Assembly (NCBI GenBank): GCA_964518475.1 | Contig: CAZFGR010000001.1 | Span: 320,001 to 384,000, forward strand | Origin: an uncultured Nitrososphaerota archaeon | GTDB taxonomy: Archaea; Asgardarchaeota; Njordarchaeia; Njordarchaeales; Njordarchaeaceae | Direction of reading: 5' to 3' | DNA: 64,000 nt | Shown here: piece by piece, positions 29,061 through 37,917 of the stretch | Position numbering within the stretch: position 1 is the first letter of the stretch | Layout of the letters: every line of letters starts with the position of its first letter | Translations under genes and position numbers: made by a program | Notes under the pieces: model-generated | Databases searched by the model: none | The model's input: only the letters and a program-made list of their open reading frames with translations | What the model was told of the DNA's origin: nothing

Positions 29061-29293
29061 AGATATTGAAAAATGCTTACTTATTTCCATTCTTTTTAAT
29101 ATTATTCGCATGGTTATTCTTAGTCTTGATTATTCCAATTATAGCTAAATTCTCTCTTACAATTATAATGCCTCATAGACTCCTAACAAATATTGCTAGA
29201 GTTCTAATCCCATTAATCACGTTCTTACTTTTCCTATACCTATGGTATAAGTTGGCTGAAATATATATAAACAGACTCTCAACACCTCAGTAA
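29057..29293 (+). CDS. Small 2-TM membrane protein
   Basis: GTG overlaps the acdB stop; two hydrophobic helices. Confidence 0.55.
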   Translation: MKILKNAYLFPFFLILFAWLFLVLIIPIIAKFSLTIIMPHRLLTNIARVLIPLITFLLFLYLWYKLAEIYINRLSTPQ

Positions 29294-29402
29294 AAGAGGA
29301 AATTTTTACCTTATAGGTAAACTAGTCTGTAATAGTGTAATTATTTTTAAGAAGAAATCTAACTCATAGCAAAATCGATTATCATTCATGAACTTTGTTG
29401 CA

Positions 29403-29451
29403 ATGATGAAAAACCCCTTCTCTGATCATTGATGAGGGTTCCGAGTACTGA
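29403..29451 (+). ncRNA. Box C/D guide sRNA
   Basis: C ATGATGA 29403-29409, 12-nt guide, D' CTGA 29422-29425, C' TTGATGA 29429-29435, 12-nt guide, D CTGA 29448-29451. Confidence 0.9.
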
Positions 29452-29524
29452 GCTTTTAATTAACCATATTCTATAAATCTCAAATTAATTAGGGTTAAGA
29501 AATTGGGTCTTTTGGAGGAGATAG

Positions 29525-30700
29525 ATGAAAACCGATCTGTTCCTGATATATTTTGAGACCTCTATTATTCGGGCGTGGCCTCTAGATCAGAAAGGACTCC
29601 CCTTTTTAAGTCTTCTTGGAAAACCTCTGATAGTACATGTTCTTAATAATTATAGAGAAGCGCTAAACATAGGTGACATTTACTTACTCCATAATAAGCG
29701 ATTAGATAGCAAAATAACTGAGGTTCTCTCACAGCATAGGATAAATACTCAACAAATAAGCCTTAAAGAACTTAAAAGCGAAAGAGATATCCTAGCTAAT
29801 CTATTAGAAGTAATCGCACCAGAATCCACATCCGATACTATAACCATTGCATGGGCACATGATATAGTTGGTAGCTGGTTAGTAAAGGATTTCGCAGAGA
29901 TAAATAAGGGGCACAGTTTTTTCCTATGTTCTAATAGAGGCAATCTAGGTCCCTTAGGTGGTATATGGGTACTAGATAGATCCACGATAGTAAATCTTCA
30001 AAAAAAGATTACAACAGTAGAAAAGGATCCTTGGAAGTCTATAGTTCCATCGATTAAAGTTAATGGATATTCGATTCCCGTTTATCCATGGGAGTTTTTT
30101 CTAATATTTCATAAATTCTTGGAAAAAACAGTAAGCAACAAATATATTCATCCAGCGGCGAAAGTAAGCAAGTGGGCTTCAATAGAAGGCCCCGTATATA
30201 TTGATGAAGAAGCAACAGTGCTTTCTTTCGCAAGTATTAAAGGACCAGCATATATTGGAAAAAATGTAGTAATCGGCGACCATACTCTGATAAGAAATAG
30301 TATTATTGAAGAAAACTGCGTAATAGGATGTCACATGGAAGTAGCTAGAAGCATTATACAACCAAAAACAGAAACTCATTCCGGCTTTCTAGGTGATTCC
30401 ATTCTAGACGAAAAAACTCATTTAGGAGCAGGTTTTATCTCAGCAAATTTACGGCTAGACAGAAAAAATGTGCGCGTAAAAATAGGTAACAGAAAAATAG
30501 ATTCTGGCCTGAAAAAACTAGGGGTGATAACGGGTTTTCAAGCAAATTTCGGTGTTTCTGTGTCAACTATGCCTGGTATCCTCGTAGGAAAACGTGCAAT
30601 AATAGGTCCTGGAACCATTCTTTTTGAAAATGTACCTGATGACACTATAGTATACAGCAAATGCGCTACCATTATCAGAAAGAAGGAATCTAAGGTTTAA
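29525..30700 (+). CDS. GlmU-like sugar-phosphate nucleotidyltransferase/acetyltransferase with degenerate N-domain
   Basis: C-terminal hexapeptide left-handed beta-helix with GDS, LGAG, NLRLD, KLG; N-terminal GxGxR motif absent. Confidence 0.75.
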   Translation: MKTDLFLIYFETSIIRAWPLDQKGLPFLSLLGKPLIVHVLNNYREALNIGDIYLLHNKRLDSKITEVLSQHRINTQQISLKELKSERDILANLLEVIAPESTSDTITIAWAHDIVGSWLVKDFAEINKGHSFFLCSNRGNLGPLGGIWVLDRSTIVNLQKKITTVEKDPWKSIVPSIKVNGYSIPVYPWEFFLIFHKFLEKTVSNKYIHPAAKVSKWASIEGPVYIDEEATVLSFASIKGPAYIGKNVVIGDHTLIRNSIIEENCVIGCHMEVARSIIQPKTETHSGFLGDSILDEKTHLGAGFISANLRLDRKNVRVKIGNRKIDSGLKKLGVITGFQANFGVSVSTMPGILVGKRAIIGPGTILFENVPDDTIVYSKCATIIRKKESKV

Positions 30701-30760
30701 ATTTTGCAGAGAGAAATACTCCTCTAGTTTCCTTCTTCCAGTAATAACGATGCATGATTT

Positions 30761-30976
30761 TTAAAGTTTAAGAATAAGCTCGGCTGCCTTTTTCACATCC
30801 TCTTTCATAATTGTTCTCCTTTTAGCATGTTGTGCCAATTCAACAGCTACCTTTGCGATTTTTACAACTATATCTTCAACAATTTCTCTCATAGTTTCTA
30901 CGGCCTCTTTACTTACTCTCTCAGCTCCTGCTTTATATATTAGCCTTCGAATACCCGCTAAAGACAAGTCCGCCAT
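30761..30976 (-). CDS. Archaeal histone (HMf family)
   Basis: GAERVS..A, AQHAKRRTI..EDV histone-fold signature. Confidence 0.95.
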   Translation of the reverse strand: MADLSLAGIRRLIYKAGAERVSKEAVETMREIVEDIVVKIAKVAVELAQHAKRRTIMKEDVKKAAELILKL

Positions 30977-31014
30977 GATGTTTCCCTCTCCAAATTATCT
31001 TGCTTTATATCATT

Positions 31015-31494
31015 TCATTTAGAAACGCATATTTTTGTATTTCTATGCTTCGCAAAAGAAATAGCTTCATGAATAATTCTGCTTAAGAAAGACTTTGTTA
31101 ATTTCTTCTCATTGGTTATCTTTTTAGCAATCGCTTCTAAAATCTTGAATAAGGCATCTATATCAGCATTAGCGGTAGCCTCTAATACAACATAGTTTAT
31201 ACCGATTCGTCCATCGATTTTTGATTTAAACTCCTTTAGTAGCACCCTAGTGTTATCTCTCAGAATTATCTCTTTAGCATATTTTCCAGCAATAGCTAAT
31301 TCGACAGTAAACGCACTATTGCTTAATAGTTCAGTCACTAATCTGCTTCTACGATTGTAATAATATTTAATAATCGGTCCAATGGCATCATCAAATTCTA
31401 TAATAACTATTCCTCGTCCTCCTAAAGCTTTAAGAGATCTTCTCACAGAATCACTAAGTCTAAGTCGTTCTGGCTTCATTATCTTTTCTAACAT
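31015..31494 (-). CDS. uDENN/longin-like domain protein
   Basis: IVIIEFDDAIGPII resembles the F(D/H)xxxGP first-hairpin signature of uDENN longins. Confidence 0.55.
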   Translation of the reverse strand: MLEKIMKPERLRLSDSVRRSLKALGGRGIVIIEFDDAIGPIIKYYYNRRSRLVTELLSNSAFTVELAIAGKYAKEIILRDNTRVLLKEFKSKIDGRIGINYVVLEATANADIDALFKILEAIAKKITNEKKLTKSFLSRIIHEAISFAKHRNTKICVSK

Positions 31495-31680
31495 TCTAGT
31501 TTACCCCACTCAAAATAAGGGAAAAATCACTTTTCTACCCCCTAAGATCTATCAATTTACTAAAAATATCAGATATTATCATGAAAATACTTCTACGTAA
31601 CTTCAACAACATTTTTCTACAGTTTTCCGATGCATCATTAATTTCCAGAGAAAATCAAAAAAGAAGAAGTTGGAAGGTAT

Positions 31681-31795
31681 TGGCGCCGGGGGGCGGACTC
31701 GAACCGCCGACCTCCCGGTTTCTGCCAATTTGTAGCTTACTTATTTAGTTGTGCATGATAACAGCCGGACGCTCTACCAGCTGAGCTACCCCGGC
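31681..31795 (-). tRNA. tRNA-Asn(GUU) with 39-nt canonical 37/38 intron (31720-31758)
   Basis: GCCGGGG acceptor, TCCGG-CT-GTT-A|intron|A-CCGGG; BHB CTGT/GCAG with TAT and AAA bulges; encoded CCA. Confidence 0.93.
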
Positions 31796-31963
31796 AACCT
31801 TTTTCTATTACATAATACCCTCTACTAATTGGCAGAGGTTATAAATTTAACTTTCTTTTACTCGATCTTCTCGCTTTATTTCTATTTCCTAGGTACGGAT
31901 TTTTCCTATATTTAGTTTTATTTTAATCAACGGGAGAATAAGTATGTGAGAGTTTGTGAGGTT

Positions 31964-32377
31964 CTATTTCTTGGCGACGAACTTTGATGATCTTGTAGCT
32001 CCTTTTCCTGGAGCTGAGTGTTGTACTGGTTTATTCGTCGGAGCGAATTCTCCCAAATAGTGGAATATCATTGGAGGCGTTATTCTAATGGTTACAAATT
32101 CTTTTCCATTGTGTATTGCTATTTTTCTTCCAATCATTTCTGGTAAAATAATCATATCTCTGACATGAGTTCTGATTACTTTATTTGGATACTTTCTTAA
32201 TTTTTCGAGCAATTTCCTTTGTTCGGGAGTTAAACCCCTCTTTAAGCTCCTTCTAATACGAGCTGGTGCTATCTCAGCTAGTTTTTCTAAGGGCATTTCT
32301 AATAATTCCTCTAACGTGTATCCACGATAAGTAAACCTTTTCCAGGAACTTGGTAATTTGCTAATATCAAGGCTCAT
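31964..32377 (-). CDS. rps19: 30S ribosomal protein uS19
   Basis: [37 protein letters not shown]. Confidence 0.96.
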   Translation of the reverse strand: MSLDISKLPSSWKRFTYRGYTLEELLEMPLEKLAEIAPARIRRSLKRGLTPEQRKLLEKLRKYPNKVIRTHVRDMIILPEMIGRKIAIHNGKEFVTIRITPPMIFHYLGEFAPTNKPVQHSAPGKGATRSSKFVAKK

Positions 32378-32495
32378 TGTTCATCCCAACCTTCAATAAT
32401 ACCTATGACTATTAAGCTTTTTCTATTCGCCAGCGTTTATTTTAAAAGTATTCCCTTCTGATTCTTCCAAATTGAATGTTTATTCGGTGCTCCTC

Positions 32496-32972
32496 ATGTC
32501 TGAGGAATTACGAGTAAGAAAAATAAAGAATGGTACTGTAATAGATCATATACCTAGCGGACGTTCTTTAGCAGTTTTACGAATTCTCGGAATAAAGGGT
32601 GATGAAGGACTAGTAGTTGCTATTGTAATGAATGTGGAGTCCCGTAAATTGGGAAGAAAAGATATTGTAAAGATAGAGGATCGTGAATTAAGCCAAGAAG
32701 AAGTAAATAAAATAGCTCTTATTGCTCCAACCGCTACGATAAATATTATTAGAAATTACGAGGTTGTTAAAAAGTATAGAGTTTCTCTCCCTAACGAGAT
32801 AGTTAATTTAGTAAGATGTGTGAACCCTACGTGTATTACTAATAAGCCTAACGAACCAATAAAGCCTCTTTTCACAGTTGTTTCTCGGAACCCAGTAAAA
32901 CTTCAGTGCACTTATTGTGGCACATATATCAACTATAATGATATACTGCTACAATTAGCAGGCAGAAAATAA
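32496..32972 (+). CDS. pyrI: Aspartate carbamoyltransferase regulatory chain
   Basis: [29 protein letters not shown]. Confidence 0.96.
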   Translation: MSEELRVRKIKNGTVIDHIPSGRSLAVLRILGIKGDEGLVVAIVMNVESRKLGRKDIVKIEDRELSQEEVNKIALIAPTATINIIRNYEVVKKYRVSLPNEIVNLVRCVNPTCITNKPNEPIKPLFTVVSRNPVKLQCTYCGTYINYNDILLQLAGRK

Positions 32973-32981
32973 AGTGTGACT

Positions 32982-33614
32982 TTAATAGAGGTACTGTTCA
33001 GTCTCCTCAACAACTATCCTATAAGATACCTCCTCACCCGCGGGTGTTAACTGTTTTAAAATCTCATAGGCTTTTTCTCCGAATTTTTTCCCATAACGCT
33101 TAATTAGTTCTTCTTTAGGAATTACTCTCCTCTTGATTTCTATTACATCACCTGGTTTTGCTCTAAGGATTCTTACTGCTGGATCCGTCACTAGTATCTT
33201 AGGTAATAGATCTGGGTTACCACCAGCATACCTCTCAATTATTTCCTTAGCTTCTTCTGGAGACAACACTCGATGCTCTGGAACTAACCAGTGGTCAAAG
33301 ATATAAACTAATGGGGCGCCTCTGTGTATAAATTCGACCTTGTTTTCTTTACCTATCTCCTCTGCTTGCGTAGTTACCTTATCCAAGGTGGCTATCATGA
33401 TCTCATTGCATTCAAGTTCTCTTGCATCATTGATGACTCTCCTTACCAATTGAACGGATACTTGTCTATCTGTAACGTATACATAAGCTCTAGACTCTCC
33501 TTTCTTGAAAATTGCGACTTTTGCTCGCTCTTTCTCTTGAAGCTCTAGTAATTTATAACCTCTTCCTTTCTCCCAGATTTTCTTGACATTTTCCCAAAGT
33601 ACGTCTATGCTCAT
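32982..33614 (-). CDS. rpoH: RNA polymerase subunit RpoH/Rpb5, long form with N-terminal jaw-like domain
   Basis: [32 protein letters not shown], plus about 100 aa N-terminal domain. Confidence 0.88.
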   Translation of the reverse strand: MSIDVLWENVKKIWEKGRGYKLLELQEKERAKVAIFKKGESRAYVYVTDRQVSVQLVRRVINDARELECNEIMIATLDKVTTQAEEIGKENKVEFIHRGAPLVYIFDHWLVPEHRVLSPEEAKEIIERYAGGNPDLLPKILVTDPAVRILRAKPGDVIEIKRRVIPKEELIKRYGKKFGEKAYEILKQLTPAGEEVSYRIVVEETEQYLY

Positions 33615-33700
33615 GCCACATCCCATATCTCACTATTCACAATATTGTTATCAAAAAGTGATAGGAGTTATAAATAGATTTTGCGTGCGTAGATTATTCG

Positions 33701-35023
33701 ATGAGTATCAGGGTGAGAAGAATGTCCAAAAGATTACTCGGGCTCTTGTTCATATCACTATTACTACTATCGCTTAACACCACCTTATCTATAACCAGGA
33801 TAAACAGTCAGAGCCAGGAACCCATAATTTTCGTCTATTACTCAAGGGAAAACGAGCTCTCTAAGGGAGATCTAACCCTCTTCTTCCAGAAAATTAATAG
33901 TAGTGGCTTCGAATTAAAGGAAACTACTAGCCTAGAAGATTATGGGACTCTAGAGGGAGCTGATGTCATATTAATCCTAGGCTCAAAAAATCTCAACTTT
34001 ATCAAGAAGGATATATTGCTTAGATTCCTCGTTGAAGGTGGCTCGTTAATTATCGCTTTGCCAACGGAGAGTATTTCTCTCTACAACGACTTAGTACTGG
34101 AGTACTTTTCATACAAAATAGGAGGAACTATTAAGGATAACACCTCATACTACGAGAAAATCTCAACAGTTATTGTTGATAACTCAACTATCTTATCGAA
34201 TCACCCGCTCACCAAGAATTTATCAAAAATTATAGTTCCTGAAGGATTAGGACTTGTATATGAGAACAGTACGAATGTATTCCCATTACCTTACCACGCA
34301 TACACCATAATCTGGGGATCGAACACTACATACATAGATAAGAATAATAATGATAAGAAAGACCCAGAAGAACCGTCTGGTAATAATGTTACATGTTGCC
34401 TTGTCATAGAGCTATATTCTGGTGGTAAGATTGTCATCTTACCTTCTGTAAAGATGCTCTCTGATGAGCATTTATCAAATCCACGTTTCGGAAATAAATT
34501 CCTTGCTTACCGAATAATTGATTGGTTAGGAGGCCGGTACGCGACCATCTATATAAAAGATCTAAAAGTTAGCACCACTTATATTGATCTAGACAATCCA
34601 AATTCTAGAGTAAATGTGAGCTTTGAAGTCGTGGACGAGAAAAACAGACCAGTAGAAAATCTCACTGCACTAGTATGCTTGGTAAGACTTGGTCACGTTC
34701 TCAAAAACTTCACAGCCATTCGAATTAACGAGACAAATTACTATGTGGAGATATCATTTGAAAACCTAACAATTAGTAGAGGCATTATCTACTTAATGGT
34801 GTTGGTGTACAAGCAATTCTATGGATACTATTGGTCAGAAGCTGTAAGACTTTACTTGTATAAGAGCCCACTTCCCGTAACAGGTGCTGATCAAATATTA
34901 CTCGTATTGGGATTTATAATACCTGTAATACTAGGGATAGTCCTACTTGTTGCAACATACCCAGAATATCGAAGAAATAGAGGACGATTAAAGAAAGCAT
35001 ACAAAAAAATCTCTAAGTCTTAG
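33701..35023 (+). CDS. Type I membrane protein with GIFT/GATase-like and Ig-like domains; OST48/WBP1-like
   Basis: Signal peptide, FLVEGGSLII, GNKFLAYRIIDWL, Ig-like domain, C-terminal TM and basic tail; many NxS/T sequons. Confidence 0.65.
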   Translation: MSIRVRRMSKRLLGLLFISLLLLSLNTTLSITRINSQSQEPIIFVYYSRENELSKGDLTLFFQKINSSGFELKETTSLEDYGTLEGADVILILGSKNLNFIKKDILLRFLVEGGSLIIALPTESISLYNDLVLEYFSYKIGGTIKDNTSYYEKISTVIVDNSTILSNHPLTKNLSKIIVPEGLGLVYENSTNVFPLPYHAYTIIWGSNTTYIDKNNNDKKDPEEPSGNNVTCCLVIELYSGGKIVILPSVKMLSDEHLSNPRFGNKFLAYRIIDWLGGRYATIYIKDLKVSTTYIDLDNPNSRVNVSFEVVDEKNRPVENLTALVCLVRLGHVLKNFTAIRINETNYYVEISFENLTISRGIIYLMVLVYKQFYGYYWSEAVRLYLYKSPLPVTGADQILLVLGFIIPVILGIVLLVATYPEYRRNRGRLKKAYKKISKS

Positions 35024-36152
35024 CCTTCTTTTCCTCTTCTTCTCTAATCTTCTTTATGATCTCGGATATTTTGACCTCTTTTTTCCTCTCTTCTCGCTTT
35101 TTGGCAACCTCTCTCTCCTTCCTAGATGCTATAGGAATAATAGCTAATGCTGGTAACGGAAGAATGAGAAATACCACATATACAGGTCTTACTGGTAGAG
35201 TTCTCTCAACCCTCCATTTATCAATATCAAGCACCCATTGAAACAGGTTTATGAAGAATTTTGCTACATCTCCTACTTCTATCCAAGGTATACCGAGAGG
35301 AGAGGTAATATTTGTAAAAACTTGTCCAAATCCGAGCCCAATTATTTTACCGTCATTTATCTTCTTAACGACAAGAATTGGGAACCCTTCTTGCTCCCAC
35401 CTAATTTCATTATCTATATCTATGCTGCAAGCTGTTGGTAGTGTTCTTATCTTCATTAAATCTTCGGATTCCTCTATAATTTCTAGCGACGCTGTCTCTA
35501 GATATATTGGTGCAGATACGTTCTCTAAGAGCTTTTCTTTCAATTCCTCGTCGTCAAAGATTGTAGAATTTTGTAAAATTAGAAGACTACCATTCCCGTT
35601 TACATAATCGTATATTATGTCGCTTTTCTCGTTCTTAGCATAAAAACGAAAGCCCACTGTGATATTATAAGTTTCTATATCTGAAAGAAGATCATTGATT
35701 AAAACCACACTTACGTTGTCCCTAAATGTTTCATCTATGGGAACACCAAGGAAGATGACGTTCCCACCTAATGAGACATAACTCGCTATTGCTCTAGCTT
35801 CTTCAGAGGCATACCTTACATATCCACTATTCGGTGGGATCATAAGAATATCGACACCAGAGAGAAATGTCGCGTTGATTTGCCCTCTTAAAACTGTTAC
35901 TTTAAGAGGAAGCGATAAAGAGTTATTGAGCTCCTCAAACGCTATCATAAGTTCCTTGTAACCGAATAAAGGTGCGTGGTGCTCATCGATAGCAATCACT
36001 ACAGCTTCTTTGATAAATATAGCTTCTTCCGCATGCAATTGTACGACGTTAGAAAAAGCAGTTGTTACGAGAGGAGACATTATCAATAAAAAAATGAGGA
36101 AGACTCTTGAATTGCTCGACATGATACTCGCTCTCTCCCCATATTTTAGCAT
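35013..36152 (-). CDS. Type I membrane protein with GIFT/DUF4350-like domain
   Basis: Signal peptide, IDEHH, VDILMI, YVSLGGNVIF, FFINLFQWV, C-terminal TM and charged tail. Confidence 0.65.
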   Translation of the reverse strand: MLKYGERASIMSSNSRVFLIFLLIMSPLVTTAFSNVVQLHAEEAIFIKEAVVIAIDEHHAPLFGYKELMIAFEELNNSLSLPLKVTVLRGQINATFLSGVDILMIPPNSGYVRYASEEARAIASYVSLGGNVIFLGVPIDETFRDNVSVVLINDLLSDIETYNITVGFRFYAKNEKSDIIYDYVNGNGSLLILQNSTIFDDEELKEKLLENVSAPIYLETASLEIIEESEDLMKIRTLPTACSIDIDNEIRWEQEGFPILVVKKINDGKIIGLGFGQVFTNITSPLGIPWIEVGDVAKFFINLFQWVLDIDKWRVERTLPVRPVYVVFLILPLPALAIIPIASRKEREVAKKREERKKEVKISEIIKKIREEEEKKAKT

Positions 36153-36155
36153 CTT

Positions 36156-36365
36156 TTATTCGTAATACTTCTTCAAGATTTTTGCATAAATTTCTGCTTT
36201 TCCTCCAGTGGGTTCTGCCAGAACCTTACCACACACCAAACATTTAACAATCGTGGATGCATGCGAGAAGATTATCTGCTTATTCGAACAGTCGGGGCAC
36301 TGTACTAACAGGAAATAGGACTTTGGTTTTGGAAACAATTTTCTTAATTTGTCATCCCGCGTCAT
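36156..36365 (-). CDS. rps27e: 30S ribosomal protein eS27
   Basis: PKSYFL.VQCPDC, FSHA, CLVCG..LAEPTGGKA. Confidence 0.96.
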   Translation of the reverse strand: MTRDDKLRKLFPKPKSYFLLVQCPDCSNKQIIFSHASTIVKCLVCGKVLAEPTGGKAEIYAKILKKYYE

Positions 36366-36383
36366 TCAAATCACCCATTGGTA

Positions 36384-36437
36384 TCAGCTAAAGGAATTCT
36401 CTTCATTTATCTAATCGGAGGATCACCTCTTCATCAT
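36384..36437 (-). ncRNA. Box C/D guide sRNA with guides to the 16S 3' end (GGAUCACCUC) and to UAAAGGAAUU
   Basis: Minus strand: ATGATGA-agaggtgatcct-CCGA-ttaga-TAAATGA-agagaattcctttag-CTGA; directly upstream of rps27e. Confidence 0.85.
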
Positions 36438-36619
36438 CTTAACTTTCATGTGGGTCTGCTCTCGTAATAAAAATTTATCTCGTTACTTCTGAGAAAACTC
36501 GCAGGATGCATGGTTTTTTCCTAGATTCTAACATCAATCTATATTCACAACTTATTTTTATAATGTTTTTAAGGACTTGATTAAAAATCAAGCCCGAGGA
36601 CTTGGGGATGTGAATCTAT

Positions 36620-36937
36620 ATGAAAGTAGCTGTTATTGGAGATGAGATATTAGTTCATGCGCTAGAGCTAATCGGAGCGGAGGGCTTTATCATAGAAAGC
36701 GACAATCAAGTCCCAGAACTGCTCAGAAAGCTTGCGAGTAAAAATGAGTATGGGATAATAATTTTGCCCGAGAGATTCGTGTCTATGACCCGACCTTTAA
36801 GAGAAGAACTAATTCGTCGATCAGAAATCACGCCTATTTTTATCTTCGTTCCCGATTTGACGGAGATAAAGGGCGAGAGAGCAAAAGAACTTCAACGAAT
36901 GATCTCACTAGCCATAGGAACCGAATATGAATTGTGA
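36620..36937 (+). CDS. atpF: A/V-type ATPase subunit F
   Basis: MKVAVIGDE...LIG, YGIIIL, AIG; first gene of the cluster. Confidence 0.88.
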   Translation: MKVAVIGDEILVHALELIGAEGFIIESDNQVPELLRKLASKNEYGIIILPERFVSMTRPLREELIRRSEITPIFIFVPDLTEIKGERAKELQRMISLAIGTEYEL

Positions 36938-36980
36938 GGAGTACTACGGGAAGGGAAAGAAATATTTTGAGGGGAGTTAT

Positions 36981-37283
36981 ATGTCACTAGATGTGTTGTT
37001 AGAAGCGGAACTTCTCTCGCGGAAAAAACTAGAAGAAGCAAAAGAAAAAGCTAAGGAAATATTAAAAGAAGCTCAGAAAAAAGCTCAAGAGATAACTCGA
37101 CGAGAAACGCTAGAAAAGCGTTTAGAGGAACACCTAGAGAAAAAACGCATTGAATTAGAGGAAGAAGCTCGAAGGATAAGAGAAGATTTTGATAAGCGCG
37201 TCAAGAAAATTTACGAAATTCCCGACGAAATATTAGATGAAATAGCCGAAAAAATCTTGAAGGAGGTTATTGGGTTTGAGTGA
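36981..37283 (+). CDS. atpH: A/V-type ATPase subunit H/G (peripheral stalk)
   Basis: EAKEKAKEILKEA coiled coil; operon position; GGGGAG RBS. Confidence 0.75.
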   Translation: MSLDVLLEAELLSRKKLEEAKEKAKEILKEAQKKAQEITRRETLEKRLEEHLEKKRIELEEEARRIREDFDKRVKKIYEIPDEILDEIAEKILKEVIGFE

Positions 37284-37908
37284 TCCCGTACAAGCAATGC
37301 TCCAAGAAATCGAAAGGAAAACTGAGGAACAGATCCAAAAAATTCTACAAGAAGCAAAAATGAAAGCAGAAGCGATTATCAAAAAAGCCCAAGAAGAATT
37401 TGAAAGAGAGTTCCAACATGAGTTACATTCTAGAATATTATTATTGACTCGACAAATCATAGGACGAGCTGAATATGAGGGACGAGTCGAATTACTAAAA
37501 GCAAAAGATGAGATAGTTCGGAAAATTTATAGAAAGGTTTCCGAAAAGCTGCAGAGAATCATTGATGGAAAGGAGCCAGGAATAGACTATAAGGAGATCC
37601 TTTATAGACTCCTAAAAAAAGCAGTGTCGAACATCCCCGACGACGAGATAATTATTATTACTAATAGTAGGGATAAAGGATTGTTAAGTAAACACCTAAG
37701 GGAAATTGAGACACGGCTACAAAGTGAGTTAGCGAGGAATATCAAACTTCTTCTGGATGAAAAAGAAATAAACTGCATGGGCGGTGTTATCGCTAGAAAC
37801 AAGGATAATACGTACATTTATCTGAACACGCTCGATGGTAGACTAAAAACCGCGATAGAGAAATTAAGAACCAGACTAAATAAGGATCTATTCAAGAAAT
37901 TTATTTGA
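37270..37908 (+). CDS. atpE: A/V-type ATPase subunit E
   Basis: N-terminal coiled coil, MGGVI, NTLDGRL. Confidence 0.88.
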   Translation: MGLSDPVQAMLQEIERKTEEQIQKILQEAKMKAEAIIKKAQEEFEREFQHELHSRILLLTRQIIGRAEYEGRVELLKAKDEIVRKIYRKVSEKLQRIIDGKEPGIDYKEILYRLLKKAVSNIPDDEIIIITNSRDKGLLSKHLREIETRLQSELARNIKLLLDEKEINCMGGVIARNKDNTYIYLNTLDGRLKTAIEKLRTRLNKDLFKKFI

Positions 37909-37917
37909 AGGAGGATA

